Origin: an uncultured delta proteobacterium
Lineage (GTDB): Bacteria; Desulfobacterota; RBG-13-43-22
Direction: 5' to 3'
DNA length: 64,000 bases
Assembly: GCA_963711835.1 (NCBI GenBank)
Contig: CAVQFQ010000015.1
Location: 32,001 to 96,000 of the forward strand
The first letter of the stretch is position 1. Each line of letters begins with the position of its first letter. The position numbers and the translations under genes are program-made. Under the pieces are notes generated by a model, which was not told the origin of the DNA, searched no databases, and saw nothing but the letters and a program-made list of their open reading frames with translations. This document shows, one piece after another, positions 1 to 9,639 of this stretch.

Positions 1-2
1 CA

Positions 3-713
3 AAATTCGGGCTGGGACCCGGGCCGGCCTTTCTCCTTTCCATCATTGTCCCCATGCTCTTTGCCTGGTTTGTGGGCTATTTTTCCGTTAAACTGTCCGG
101 GATCCATTTTGTCATCATTACCCTGATCTTTGCCCTGATCGGCAGCACCATCGGGGAAACCTGGCCCTCCCTGACCGGGGGCGCCGACGGCTTGACCGTC
201 CCTCTCACCCCACTCCAGGTCGGTCCGTTAAAAATTGATTTCATGAATATCAAGACCAATTATTATCTGGTCTTGGTGGTGGTGGCCCTCTGCTTCCTGC
301 TCCTGAGACGGATGGTGCAGTCCCCTTTGGGAAAAGTCTTTATCGCCATCCGGGAGAACGAGGATCGGGCCCGCCTGATCGGCTACAATGTCCAACGCTA
401 TAAGCTGCTGGCCTTTGTGATTGCCGGCGGCCTGAGCGGCGTAGCCGGAGGATTGTACGGAATCACCCTGAAATACGCCTCGGCCAATTTTCTGCACTGG
501 GGGATCTCCGGCCATGCGGTGGTCTATACCATTGTCGGAGGCATGGGGACCCTGTTCGGCCCGGTGTTGGGAACGGGTATCATCATGTCGCTGGAACATT
601 ATTTGGTAGACTACATGCAGGGCACGGACCTGGTTATCGGGATTGTCCTGGTCTTTATGGTCTTGGTGGCCCCCAAAGGCCTGGTAGGATTGATCCAACG
701 AAAGGGAAAATAA
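3..713 (+). CDS. livM: Branched-chain amino acid ABC permease (LivM-like), 5'-partial
   Basis: TGGADG loop, SPLGKVFIAIRENEDRARLIGYNV and GGMGTLFGP motifs; frame open to the window edge. Confidence 0.9.
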   Translation, partial: KFGLGPGPAFLLSIIVPMLFAWFVGYFSVKLSGIHFVIITLIFALIGSTIGETWPSLTGGADGLTVPLTPLQVGPLKIDFMNIKTNYYLVLVVVALCFLLLRRMVQSPLGKVFIAIRENEDRARLIGYNVQRYKLLAFVIAGGLSGVAGGLYGITLKYASANFLHWGISGHAVVYTIVGGMGTLFGPVLGTGIIMSLEHYLVDYMQGTDLVIGIVLVFMVLVAPKGLVGLIQRKGK

Positions 714-728
714 AGGAGCCGGCTATCC

Positions 729-1466
729 ATGGACACCTTACTTGCACTTGAGGACGTCAGCAAGTCTTTTGGGGGGCTGCTGGCTGTAGACCGGGCCAGC
801 CTGGCTGTTTCCAAAGGCGAACTCCGGGCCCTCATCGGCCCCAATGGGGCGGGAAAAACCACCCTTCTCAATGTAATCACCGGGATTTATCTGGCCAGCT
901 CCGGGCGCATTCTCTTTAAGAACAAAGATATTACCCGATTAAGCCCGGACCGGATCTCTCATCGGGGGATTTCGCGGACCATGCAGATTACCAGCCTCTT
1001 TATAGGTCTGACGGTTTTTGAAAATATCTGGGCCGCCGTTCAATCCCGAAAAAAATTTTTCAATCCCTTTATCCGGGCCGTCGCCTGGAAGGACGTCCGG
1101 GAGAAAACCGAACAAATGCTTGAACTGACCGGGCTGCAAGACAAGGCCCATCTGGTTTGTTCCGAGCTTTCTTACGGCGAGCAGCGCATCCTGGAGATGG
1201 GTATTGCCCTGAGCACAGGTCCTGACCTGCTCCTGCTGGATGAACCCACGGCCGGCCTTAACACCCAGGAATCCATGGCCCTGGTCAGGAAAATGCGCGC
1301 CATGCTCTCCGGGCAGACCATCATTTTGGTCGAGCATGACATGGGGGTGGTCATGGAGTTGGCGGATCGCATCTCGGTCCTTCACTATGGAGAGATCCTG
1401 GCCGAAGGGACGCCGGAGGAAATAAAGAACAACGAGGAAGTCAAAAAGGTTTATCTGGGAAACTGA
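729..1466 (+). CDS. livG: Branched-chain amino acid ABC ATPase (LivG-like)
   Basis: GPNGAGKTT Walker A, LSYGEQ signature, LLLDEPTAG, C-terminal VKKVYLG. Confidence 0.92.
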   Translation: MDTLLALEDVSKSFGGLLAVDRASLAVSKGELRALIGPNGAGKTTLLNVITGIYLASSGRILFKNKDITRLSPDRISHRGISRTMQITSLFIGLTVFENIWAAVQSRKKFFNPFIRAVAWKDVREKTEQMLELTGLQDKAHLVCSELSYGEQRILEMGIALSTGPDLLLLDEPTAGLNTQESMALVRKMRAMLSGQTIILVEHDMGVVMELADRISVLHYGEILAEGTPEEIKNNEEVKKVYLGN

Positions 1467-1467
1467 C

Positions 1468-2169
1468 ATGTTGAACCTAAAAGACGTCAATTGTTTCTAT
1501 GGCAAGAGCCACGTCCTGCACAATACCAACCTGGAGGTCCGGGAGACAGAGTTGGCCGGGCTGGTAGGGAGAAACGGGGTGGGTAAGAGTACCACCTTAA
1601 AGTCAATCATGGGAATCGTTCCACCTAAAAGCGGAACGATCACCCTGAACGGAACTACCCTGACCAGTTTGCCGGCTTATCAAATACCCCGCCAGGGCAT
1701 TGCCTATGTTCCCCAGGGCCGGCATCTGTTCCCCAAACTGACGGTCATGGAAAATTTAAAGATTCCGATTGTTCAAGGACCCCTGGATCAGGACAAGCTG
1801 GAGGAAGTCTTTGACTATTTTCCCCGTTTAAAGGAACGGGTCAAACAGAAGGCTGGTACCCTCTCCGGCGGGGAACAGCAGATGCTGGCTGTGGGACGGG
1901 CCCTGATCACCAAGCCCAAGCTGATTCTGCTCGACGAACCTACCGAGGGCTTGATGCCCCTGCTGGTCCAGTTAATTAGCCGGACCATCCAGGCCATTAA
2001 TCAAAAAGGCATGGCCATCCTGCTGGTGGAACAAAACCTGAAGATCCTCAAAGATGTCTGTCACCGGATTTATATCATGGAAAAAGGGTCCGTTGTTTAT
2101 GAGGGGACCCCGGCCCAACTGGAAGCCGCTCCCGAGATCCAGGAACGTTACCTGAGTGTTAAGGTTTAG
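1468..2169 (+). CDS. livF: Branched-chain amino acid ABC ATPase (LivF-like)
   Basis: GRNGVGKST, LSGGEQQML, LLDEPTEGL, VEQN. Confidence 0.92.
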   Translation: MLNLKDVNCFYGKSHVLHNTNLEVRETELAGLVGRNGVGKSTTLKSIMGIVPPKSGTITLNGTTLTSLPAYQIPRQGIAYVPQGRHLFPKLTVMENLKIPIVQGPLDQDKLEEVFDYFPRLKERVKQKAGTLSGGEQQMLAVGRALITKPKLILLDEPTEGLMPLLVQLISRTIQAINQKGMAILLVEQNLKILKDVCHRIYIMEKGSVVYEGTPAQLEAAPEIQERYLSVKV

Positions 2170-2968
2170 ATGCTTTCCCACAGCGCCGCTGACCTTTTGT
2201 TATCTAATCCTCGGGGTTCTGCTGGGTACCGGGCTGGAGGTCTCAGGCGCCGGGAAAAACCCGGAAACCCTCCGCTTTGAAGGCCGGCAGATAACCGTCA
2301 GAAGGGACTCCCTGACCCGTTTGCCCTTGACGATGCGGGCCGCGGGTGCCCCGCTGCTGGAAATCAAAGGGTTTGCCAAGCTCACCCGAAACCAAATCAC
2401 CTTGACCGGCCCCCTGCTGGCAAAAAAATATAAAAAATTTCTTCAAATAGAACCGGATGAGCTCCGTCTGAAAGCGGCCGAGCGTGTCGGCGGGACCTGG
2501 TACGTCAGCTATTGGCAGACCGTTAAGGGATGGATTATCTATGAATCCTCCCTGGGATTTTCCATTGACCCACACGGAAAAATTCTTTCTCTTGGGGCTC
2601 TGCTCTACCCCCAGGTAGCCCTCCCGGAAGGGACCCGCATCTCACGCGATCAGGCCCTAAAAATCGGGGCAGGCCAGGTTCCGGACTTCAAGAAACAGGC
2701 CTATACCCTGCTGGCGGAGAACATCCTGGTCTATCCCGTCAGAACCCCCCAAGCCATCCGCTATTTCAAGGTCTATGCCTTTAATTTTTTTCCTCAGAAG
2801 GCCCTGCATCCCGCTTCCGTGGTCGGCGGCTATGCCGTATTCGTGGATACCCAAACCGGCGGGGTGATTCACCGGGAAACCCTTTTTAAGCCCTTGGGTT
2901 GTTGCGTTCCCGAGAACTGGGTGCCCCCCAAGCCGGAGGAATTGTACAAAGGGATTTTTGGAAACTGA
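2156..2968 (+). CDS. Secreted hypothetical protein resembling the FTP+PepSY propeptide of M4/M36 peptidases, with no catalytic domain; C-terminal GCC motif
   Basis: Hydrophobic N-terminus; YVSYWQTVKGWIIY (FTP-like); ISRDQALKIG...VFVDTQTGGVI (PepSY-like); start uncertain (GTG 2156, or ATG 2170 with a 1-nt indel). Confidence 0.6.
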   Translation: MLRFRCFPTAPLTFCYLILGVLLGTGLEVSGAGKNPETLRFEGRQITVRRDSLTRLPLTMRAAGAPLLEIKGFAKLTRNQITLTGPLLAKKYKKFLQIEPDELRLKAAERVGGTWYVSYWQTVKGWIIYESSLGFSIDPHGKILSLGALLYPQVALPEGTRISRDQALKIGAGQVPDFKKQAYTLLAENILVYPVRTPQAIRYFKVYAFNFFPQKALHPASVVGGYAVFVDTQTGGVIHRETLFKPLGCCVPENWVPPKPEELYKGIFGN

Positions 2969-3499
2969 ATGACTACGAAAGGCCTCCTGGCCCTACTCCT
3001 ATCTTTGAGTCTTGTTTTTTTAACCTGCTGTGGCGGAAAATCGGAGACACCCAAATTGCCCGGCCTGGGCACCCGGGCGCCCGGCTTCACCTGCCTGGAT
3101 CTGAAAGGGCGGCCCTGGTCCCTGGATCATCAAACCCGCGGAAAAGTCATTCTCCTCCGTTTCTGGGCCGATTGGTGTCCCTATTGCCGCTTTGAGATGC
3201 CGGTCATTGAAAAATACTACCGGCTCCTGAAGGACCAAGGGTTCGAGGTCCTGGCCGTGAACGTCAAGCAAAGTGCTCAGGTGGCCGAGGCCTTTATCGG
3301 CCAGATGGACCTGACCTTTCCGGTTCTCCTGGACCCCGAGGGCCGGATGGCCGAAAGCTACGGAGTCTATGCCATCCCCACCAATTTCCTGATCGATGGG
3401 CAAGGCAAAATCAGGGAGATCCTGGTCGGGGAGGTATTTCTGGAAGAAAAAATATTGAAGGATGTGCTGAAGACCTATTTTACGGGAATAGGTTCCTGA
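2969..3499 (+). CDS. TlpA/ResA-family thiol-disulfide oxidoreductase, probable lipoprotein
   Basis: FWADWCPYC active site, IPTNFLID cis-Pro loop, signal peptide ending LTCC. Confidence 0.9.
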   Translation: MTTKGLLALLLSLSLVFLTCCGGKSETPKLPGLGTRAPGFTCLDLKGRPWSLDHQTRGKVILLRFWADWCPYCRFEMPVIEKYYRLLKDQGFEVLAVNVKQSAQVAEAFIGQMDLTFPVLLDPEGRMAESYGVYAIPTNFLIDGQGKIREILVGEVFLEEKILKDVLKTYFTGIGS

Positions 3500-3598
3500 A
3501 CCATCTTTTGGTTTGACAAGAAAAAGGAATTAAGATTAATTTTAAAGATAGTCCCTAAGATAGGGTAGTATATCCGCAATCACGTTACGTTACAACCT

Positions 3599-3663
3599 GG
3601 TCATTCCGGACTTGATCCGGAATCCAGTCTTTCAACCTGGATTCCCGCTTTCGCGGGTATGAC
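3599..3663. repeat. REP-like palindromic doublet (GTCATTCC...GGAATCCAG / CTGGATTCCCGC...ATGAC)
   Basis: Two hairpins in inverted orientation; a related unit lies inside 17324-17460. Confidence 0.75.
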
Positions 3664-3755
3664 GGCAGAGGGACACTGCAAAGAGAACAGGGAAACACTA
3701 CATTAGGTGATCCTCAAACCGGAAGGGTAGCCTTTTAAAATAATAAAACACCCTA

Positions 3756-3810
3756 AAGGGCTTCGTGGGTTTTGATTTCAAGGATTGTCCGAAAGGGGAT
3801 CCGAAGCCTT
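3756..3810 (-). repeat. Fragment (one inner arm) of the nested-IR MITE family seen at 37132 and 40678
   Basis: GGGTTTTGATTTCAAGGATTGTCCGAAAGGG matches the reverse complement of about 40870-40922. Confidence 0.7.
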
Positions 3811-3876
3811 CGACGACTGGAAAGGATTTGAAAAAAATTTCACCTAAAAAGGCGGCCTCTTATTTACACCAATTTT

Positions 3877-5022
3877 TTGATCTCTTCCCTTAAAAATATC
3901 TTGGCTAATCCCGTCAGGAGCCTGGTGGTCATCCTCTGTCTGGTCGCCCTCCTCACGCCTTTTCTAACGGCCATGGCCATTTCGGAAGGGATTAAAGAAG
4001 AAACCCGACTGCTGCTTGACAGCGGGGCCGACATTTATGTCACCCGGGACCAATTCGGTTCCAACGCACCGATTCCGCTTTCATTTGCAAAACCCTTGGC
4101 GGCCTTGCCCGGTGTGGTCGAGGTGATTCCCCGGGTCACCGGCCGCACCTACCTGAAGAAATTTTTTCTCGCCGTCCTCGGCATTTCCCCTACGCATCTG
4201 CCGGCATCGATTCGCCTTGTTCAGGGCCGGACTTTTCAGGGGCCGGGTGAGGTTATTCTGGGAGAAAATCTGGCCGGCCTATTCGCGATAAAACCGGGGG
4301 ATCGCTTCTATTTATCCAGAAACCCGGGGCAGACCTTTCAGGTGTCGGGCATCTTCAGCTCCGCCATCCAGCCCTGGAAGTCCGATTTGCTCATCCTTTC
4401 CTTTGAAGACGCCGCCCGCCTCTTCCAACTTCCCAACTTGGCCAGCGATTTCCTGATCACCTGCCGTCCGGGTTATGAAATCCCCTTGGCTGAGCGGATA
4501 CTCCAGATCAAGGAACTGAATCCTGAAGGATCTCCGCCCTTGCGGGTCCAGACCAGGTCCTTAATTAAAAGCTATATGCTCAAGGGATTTGACGCCAGGG
4601 CCGGTGTCTTTAGCGGGTTTTATACCCTGGCTTTTTTTCTGGCTTTCCCCATCCTTCTGGTAACCACCGGCCTGGGTTCGGCCGGCAGAAAACAGGAAAT
4701 CGGGATCGCCAAGGCCCTGGGCTGGCAGACCCAGGAGGTCTTGATTCTGGTGGGGTTTGAGAATGTGCTGCTGGCCTTGTTCAGCCTTCCCTGGCTGCTC
4801 TTATTCTCCCAGCTCTGGCTTAAAGCCGGTAACGGTTACCTCCTTAATCGCTTTTTTATCGCCAACTGGGCTATCCTGCCTCCCTTTTCCGTGCCGGCCC
4901 AGACCTTTCCCGTGCCTTTTTTACTGACCCTGTTTCTGACTCTGGTATTGACCCTGGTGGGAAGCCTGTATTCAACCTGGAGGATGGCCGTTGTTCCGCC
5001 TCATCAGGCCATGCATAATTAA
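3877..5022 (+). CDS. FtsX/MacB-like ABC permease 1
   Basis: N-terminal TM, large periplasmic domain, RKQEIGIAKALGW motif, three C-terminal TMs. Confidence 0.88.
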   Translation: MISSLKNILANPVRSLVVILCLVALLTPFLTAMAISEGIKEETRLLLDSGADIYVTRDQFGSNAPIPLSFAKPLAALPGVVEVIPRVTGRTYLKKFFLAVLGISPTHLPASIRLVQGRTFQGPGEVILGENLAGLFAIKPGDRFYLSRNPGQTFQVSGIFSSAIQPWKSDLLILSFEDAARLFQLPNLASDFLITCRPGYEIPLAERILQIKELNPEGSPPLRVQTRSLIKSYMLKGFDARAGVFSGFYTLAFFLAFPILLVTTGLGSAGRKQEIGIAKALGWQTQEVLILVGFENVLLALFSLPWLLLFSQLWLKAGNGYLLNRFFIANWAILPPFSVPAQTFPVPFLLTLFLTLVLTLVGSLYSTWRMAVVPPHQAMHN

Positions 5023-5155
5023 AGAAGCAGCCGTTTTTTATTTTTGAAAGGAGATCCATCTTGACTTGAAAAAAACAATCCTGGCCACGGCAATCGTCTT
5101 GTCCCTCTTCCGGGTAGTTACAATTATGAGACAGTCAATAAGAGGAAGTGATACC

Positions 5156-5596
5156 ATGGCGGCAAAAAAAATTGTTTTCGGCATTTTCCTAATCAGTTTA
5201 TCTATGGTTATGGCCGGTCTCGTCCAGGCCGGAGAGGTCAAACGCTGTATCGTTTGCGGAATGGACGTCTCCAAGTATCCCCACACCCGCTATGTGGTCA
5301 CGACGACGGAGAGGGAGGAATTCATTACCTGCGGCGCCCAGTGCGGTCTCACCCTCCATTTGCGTTTTAAAGATAAATTCAAGTCCGCCCTGGCCTCCGA
5401 TCTTTTAAGCAACCGCCCGGTCGATGCCCGGAAGGCCTTTTATGTGTTTAAAAGCTCGGTGATCACCGATATGGCCCCGGGTTTCATCGTTTTTTCAGTC
5501 AGGAAGAACGCGGAAAATTTTGCCGGGGGTTTTGGAGGCCAGGTAGTAACCTATGACGAAGCCTTGGCCATTTGGAAAAAGCAAGTGCAGCAGTGA
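5156..5596 (+). CDS. NosL-like periplasmic metal-binding protein 1
   Basis: Signal peptide, CIVCGM, CGAQC, DARKAFYV, MAPGFIVF...AENFAGGFGG; ATG 5156 follows GAGGA. Confidence 0.8.
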   Translation: MAAKKIVFGIFLISLSMVMAGLVQAGEVKRCIVCGMDVSKYPHTRYVVTTTEREEFITCGAQCGLTLHLRFKDKFKSALASDLLSNRPVDARKAFYVFKSSVITDMAPGFIVFSVRKNAENFAGGFGGQVVTYDEALAIWKKQVQQ

Positions 5597-5602
5597 TAAC
5601 CT

Positions 5603-5959
5603 ATGTTCCGACCTGAAAAAACAGTACTCCTGGTCCTGGGGGTCTTAATCCTTCTGACCATGACCCTGATGGTCTGGGATCAGCAAACCTGGAAAACCCG
5701 TAAAACCGAAGAATTCGTCCTTTTCCAAAAGGGCTTGTCCGGATTGGGAATGGGGGCTATTGCCAGCCCCATCTGGAATTTCATCAATTACGACCCCCGG
5801 GCCATGGCCGTAGATGATTCGATTACCTGGCCCATTCCAGGCGGGTATTCCTACGGTCCGGATCGAACCGCCACCATAACCTATTTTGAGGAGCGGCCCA
5901 GGAATGAGTGGGTTTTACTTCAAAAAACGTGGCCGGAGGCGGCGAAAGCAGCCCCTTGA
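5603..5959 (+). CDS. Membrane-anchored hypothetical protein
   Basis: N-terminal TM, GLGMG, YDPR and PIPGG motifs; tightly coupled within the operon. Confidence 0.75.
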   Translation: MFRPEKTVLLVLGVLILLTMTLMVWDQQTWKTRKTEEFVLFQKGLSGLGMGAIASPIWNFINYDPRAMAVDDSITWPIPGGYSYGPDRTATITYFEERPRNEWVLLQKTWPEAAKAAP

Positions 5960-7149
5960 GCTTAAGGGAGGAGCAGGCCATTTCCCGTTTCACTAACTTT
6001 ATCGAGGCCGCCTGCGGCCGCCTGATCCGGAATTGGGAGCGAAGCCTCACCTTGACCCTCTGCCTGGTGGCCATCCTGTTTCCGTTCCTTACCGCCTTGG
6101 CCGTTTCAGAAGGGCTCCGCCAGCAGGCCGATATGTCCCTGCTGTACGGGGCCGACCTTTACCTGAATCGGGATTATTATGGAGGGTCCGGTCCCATTGC
6201 TGAAACCGACCTCCTGCTGTTAAAACAGTCTGCCTTCGGTGATCGCCTCCAGGTTCAGGGCCGGGTTTTAGGAAGAACCTATTTTGTTAATCGTCTGGTG
6301 GCCGTAGCCGGCCTGGACCGGCCTCCCGACAGCCTTTCTCCGCTGCTGCAGGCCGGGCGGATCTTTAAAAACCCGGGTGAGGTGGTCATCGGGCAGCGAC
6401 TGGCTCAACGGTTTAATCTCCAACCCGGGGTCAAGTTCGCCCTTACTGCCAATCCTGGAAAACTTTTTACGCTGGTTGGTCTTCTTACCCCCCTGGGACT
6501 TTGGGACTCCGATCTGTTGCTCATGTCCTTATCGGATGCCCAGGCCTTCTTCGGGATGGAAGGCCTGCTTTCGGAAATCCAGATTCGGACCAGCGCATCG
6601 AGCTTCCGGGAGTCAGGAGAAAATCTCCTCGTGGAAAAGGCCCGTTCGGAACTGCCTGTCAGCCCTCCCCTTCGTTCCCACACTCGGACGGAAGCCGGAC
6701 AACACCTTTCCCAAGGCTTCGGTTTCCGTGGAGGCATCTATCTTGTTTTTTATATACTGGCTTGGGTCCTGGCCGTTCCCGCCCTCCTTATTTCCAGCGG
6801 ACTGGGCACCCCGGTCACGGCCCAGGAGGTCGGGTTGATGCAGGCCCTGGGCTGGACCCGGAGACAAATTCTGAGATTGGCGGCCCTGGAATACGCCATC
6901 CTTAGTCTTTCAGCCACTGCCCTGGCCACCCTGGCTTCCATGGCCTGGATGAAATTAACCAACGGCTTTCTCCTGGCGCAATTCCTGATCGCCGAAGTGG
7001 GTTTGGTCCCGGGTTTTGACGTCCCGACACGTTATCTTCCCCTGTGGAGCCTGGCCGGTCTTTTCTTGGCGCTACTGACCACTCTGGGGGGAAGTTTCAT
7101 TTTTAACTGGTATTGCTCCCGAAAAGCCCCTTACCAGGCCATGCATTAG
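5956..7149 (+). CDS. FtsX/MacB-like ABC permease 2 (paralogue of 3877-5022)
   Basis: PFLTALAVSEG, GRTYF and QEVGLMQALGW shared with permease 1; TTG 5956 overlaps the upstream TGA. Confidence 0.88.
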   Translation: MSLREEQAISRFTNFIEAACGRLIRNWERSLTLTLCLVAILFPFLTALAVSEGLRQQADMSLLYGADLYLNRDYYGGSGPIAETDLLLLKQSAFGDRLQVQGRVLGRTYFVNRLVAVAGLDRPPDSLSPLLQAGRIFKNPGEVVIGQRLAQRFNLQPGVKFALTANPGKLFTLVGLLTPLGLWDSDLLLMSLSDAQAFFGMEGLLSEIQIRTSASSFRESGENLLVEKARSELPVSPPLRSHTRTEAGQHLSQGFGFRGGIYLVFYILAWVLAVPALLISSGLGTPVTAQEVGLMQALGWTRRQILRLAALEYAILSLSATALATLASMAWMKLTNGFLLAQFLIAEVGLVPGFDVPTRYLPLWSLAGLFLALLTTLGGSFIFNWYCSRKAPYQAMH

Positions 7150-7176
7150 TCTCTTAACAAGGATACGCTGCCTAAC

Positions 7177-7866
7177 ATGGAACCAATTCTTCAGACCCGC
7201 CATCTCAGTAAATATTATAATGCCGGTAAATCAACGGAAGTCCGGGCCCTGGAGGATATCAATCTGATCATCCCGGCAAACGTCTTGTCGGTTCTGTACG
7301 GTCCCTCAGGTTCGGGCAAGTCCACTCTACTGGCCCTCTTGGGCACCCTGGAACGGCCTACGAGCGGAGAAATTTGCCTCCAGGGCACCGACATCACCCA
7401 ATACTCCGATGTGGGCCTGTCCCGCCTTCGGAGAAAGACCTTCGGCTTTGTTTTTCAATCCTTCCAGTTGATACCCCGTTTGCCGGCCTGGGAAAATGTG
7501 GCCTACCCCTTGATCCCGGTTGGGATAGGCCACCGGGATCGTCTCAACCGGGCTGCTCACTTGTTGGGCCAATTGGGCTTGGCCGATCGGATTCATCATA
7601 CCCCGGAGGAACTGAGCGGCGGGGAGCAGCAGCGGGTGGCCATCGCCCGGGCCCTGATCAATGATCCGGAAATCCTGATCGCTGATGAACCCACCTCCAA
7701 TATAGACGCCGAGGCCGTTGAAACCCTCTTAGGCATCCTGAATGATTTGAAACAAAATGGGAAGACGATCCTCATTGCCACCCATGACCCGGTCTTTCAG
7801 GATCTGGCTGAAGCCCTTTTTTATCTGAAAAGAGGTACATTGCAGGAGACGATGCATAGGGTCTAA
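7177..7866 (+). CDS. LolD/MacB-type ABC ATPase
   Basis: GPSGSGKST, FGFVFQSFQL, LSGGEQQRVAIARAL, ADEPT. Confidence 0.93.
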   Translation: MEPILQTRHLSKYYNAGKSTEVRALEDINLIIPANVLSVLYGPSGSGKSTLLALLGTLERPTSGEICLQGTDITQYSDVGLSRLRRKTFGFVFQSFQLIPRLPAWENVAYPLIPVGIGHRDRLNRAAHLLGQLGLADRIHHTPEELSGGEQQRVAIARALINDPEILIADEPTSNIDAEAVETLLGILNDLKQNGKTILIATHDPVFQDLAEALFYLKRGTLQETMHRV

Positions 7867-7873
7867 GCAAGAC

Positions 7874-8152
7874 CATTTGATATTTTTTCTAAAGTCTTGA
7901 TGATATGGTGTTGGAGGGTCTTATTTTTTGGGTTGTCCACCCCAAAGCCATGAGTCCCGCCTGGCGGGACAGGCCACCACCCAAGCTGGAAATGAGCGTT
8001 GGTGAATGCCCTGCTCTCACTCAAACTTAGCTATTCGGGCCGGATTGGGGGCTCTTAGTCACCCTTTGGACAATTCAAAAAAATAAGACCCCCCAACGCC
8101 TGTCATTTGGAAAGATGGAGACAATTTCTCAGACTAAGTGTGATAGAATCTA
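7874..8152 (+). mobile_element. MITE-like element with ~34 bp inverted repeats at 7907-7940 and 8067-8100
   Basis: GGTGTTGGAGGGTCTTATTTTTTGGGTTGTCCA ... TGGACAATTCAAAAAAATAAGACCCCCCAACGCC; an inverted homologue lies at 9638-9935. Confidence 0.75.
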
Positions 8153-8158
8153 AACGCT

Positions 8159-9193
8159 ATGATCCTTAATGTCTTCAGCATCACGGAAATCTTCATCGGT
8201 CTTCTCACCCTCGGGCTTACGGCCTGGGCCGGAATACACTCCTTCCGTCTTTACCTGCGCTGGAGGAAGAGGACCACCCCGGAGGAGCAGGCCCTCCTGG
8301 AAGACCGATCCTATTTGATGCTCTCGGTGGCCGTGGTGGTTCTGGTTATCCGGCTTATCAACTGGCCCCTGTTTTATCTGACCCTCCAGAGTTTCATCCC
8401 CCAGGTGAACGGGGCCATGTGCATCTTCGGAGTGACCCAGGTCAGGGAGCTATTGACCCGTTTTCTGGAGTTCATGAAACCTTTAGGGGTTTTCTTGATC
8501 GGCGCCTGGCTCCTGATGCATCACTTGGATCGGGCGACCCAAACCGGGCCGTTGCTGGGCCGGAAGCTCCTGTTCCTGTCAATACTATCGGTCATTATCC
8601 TGGTCGAAGCGGCCGGAGAAGTGGTCCTTTTTTTCACCCTTTCGCCCAGCGTTTTGGTTTCCTGTTGTACCACCGTCACGGATATCCTGGACCGGCCTTC
8701 CTCCACGGTTCCGCAATCCCTCTTGGGAGCCGGGTATAAGACCCTGCTGGAAACCGCTTTTTTTGCCCTGACCGTTTTCCTGATCGGGCTGACCGCCTTT
8801 TTAGCCTGGGTGAAAAAATGGGATCCCTGGCCGAAAGGCGGGATCCTGTTCCTGACCGGCCTGGCCCTTCTGGCGTCCCTTAATGCCCTGCTTTTTCTTC
8901 TGGTGCACATCGAAGGCTTCGCTCCCCGTTTCATGGGGCTTCCTTTTCATCACTGCCTCTATTGTCTCTGGCAGTATGTGCCGGATTCGATCGTCCTCTT
9001 CCTGCTCTTTATCCTGGGGACCATGGCCCCCGGCTGGGCCTGGATTCTGGCCTGGACCGGCCGCACAGGAGAAGCCCGGGCCTATATGCCCCGGTACATG
9101 CGGTCCCTTTTTTCCCTGGCCGCCCTGAGCCTGGCCGCCTCCGTCGTCATGATCCTGCTGCATCTTTATTTTTCGTCTCCAGGGAAGCTATGA
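8159..9193 (+). CDS. Polytopic membrane protein with GAMC, SCC and HHCLYC motifs
   Basis: About 8 hydrophobic segments; clustered Cys/His motifs in loops. Confidence 0.85.
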   Translation: MILNVFSITEIFIGLLTLGLTAWAGIHSFRLYLRWRKRTTPEEQALLEDRSYLMLSVAVVVLVIRLINWPLFYLTLQSFIPQVNGAMCIFGVTQVRELLTRFLEFMKPLGVFLIGAWLLMHHLDRATQTGPLLGRKLLFLSILSVIILVEAAGEVVLFFTLSPSVLVSCCTTVTDILDRPSSTVPQSLLGAGYKTLLETAFFALTVFLIGLTAFLAWVKKWDPWPKGGILFLTGLALLASLNALLFLLVHIEGFAPRFMGLPFHHCLYCLWQYVPDSIVLFLLFILGTMAPGWAWILAWTGRTGEARAYMPRYMRSLFSLAALSLAASVVMILLHLYFSSPGKL

Positions 9194-9639
9194 ATAGAAA
9201 AAAGATGATTTGGGGAGCAGTTCTCTTTGCAGCGGTAATCGGGATTGCCCTCTGGGGGAGCCTGTCTCGGGTGGAAAACCAAGACCGGGTGACTGCGGAG
9301 CGGTGTGATTTTGACGGCACCTTGCTTCGGACTCCCTACCGGGTTGAAATCATCCGGACCGACCGGCAGAAAAAAAAGTTCTGCTCCCTTTATTGTGCGG
9401 CCCAGTGGCATCGGCTAAACCCCGGGGTGGCGGCCGAAATCCTGGTGGCGGATGAAACCTCCGGCAAAACCATCGATTCCCGGCAGGCCGTCTATGTCCG
9501 CAGCCGGGTCATCTCGGTCCCGGAGGTGAAAAATGACCTCCATGCCTTCGCCGGAATGGAAGAGGCCCAGATTCATGCCCGGCAATACCAGGGCCGGATC
9601 GTCCCAAATCCCTTTTCGATGAAAAGCCCGGGCGAATAG
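9190..9639 (+). CDS. Membrane-anchored NosL-like protein 2
   Basis: ATGA overlap with the upstream stop; N-terminal TM; CDFDG, FCSLYC, DETSGKTIDSRQAVYV, HAFA...ARQYQG. Confidence 0.78.
   Translation: MNRKKMIWGAVLFAAVIGIALWGSLSRVENQDRVTAERCDFDGTLLRTPYRVEIIRTDRQKKKFCSLYCAAQWHRLNPGVAAEILVADETSGKTIDSRQAVYVRSRVISVPEVKNDLHAFAGMEEAQIHARQYQGRIVPNPFSMKSPGE

Noticed and set aside
2966-2971. TGA followed in frame by the TlpA ATG, suggesting selenocysteine read-through fusion
   Set aside because: TlpA has its own lipoprotein signal and the TGA is not in a redox motif; tight gene packing explains it
5156-9639. Nitrous oxide reductase (nos) cluster
   Set aside because: No nosZ, nosD or nosR, and the ABC is FtsX/LolD-type rather than NosFY
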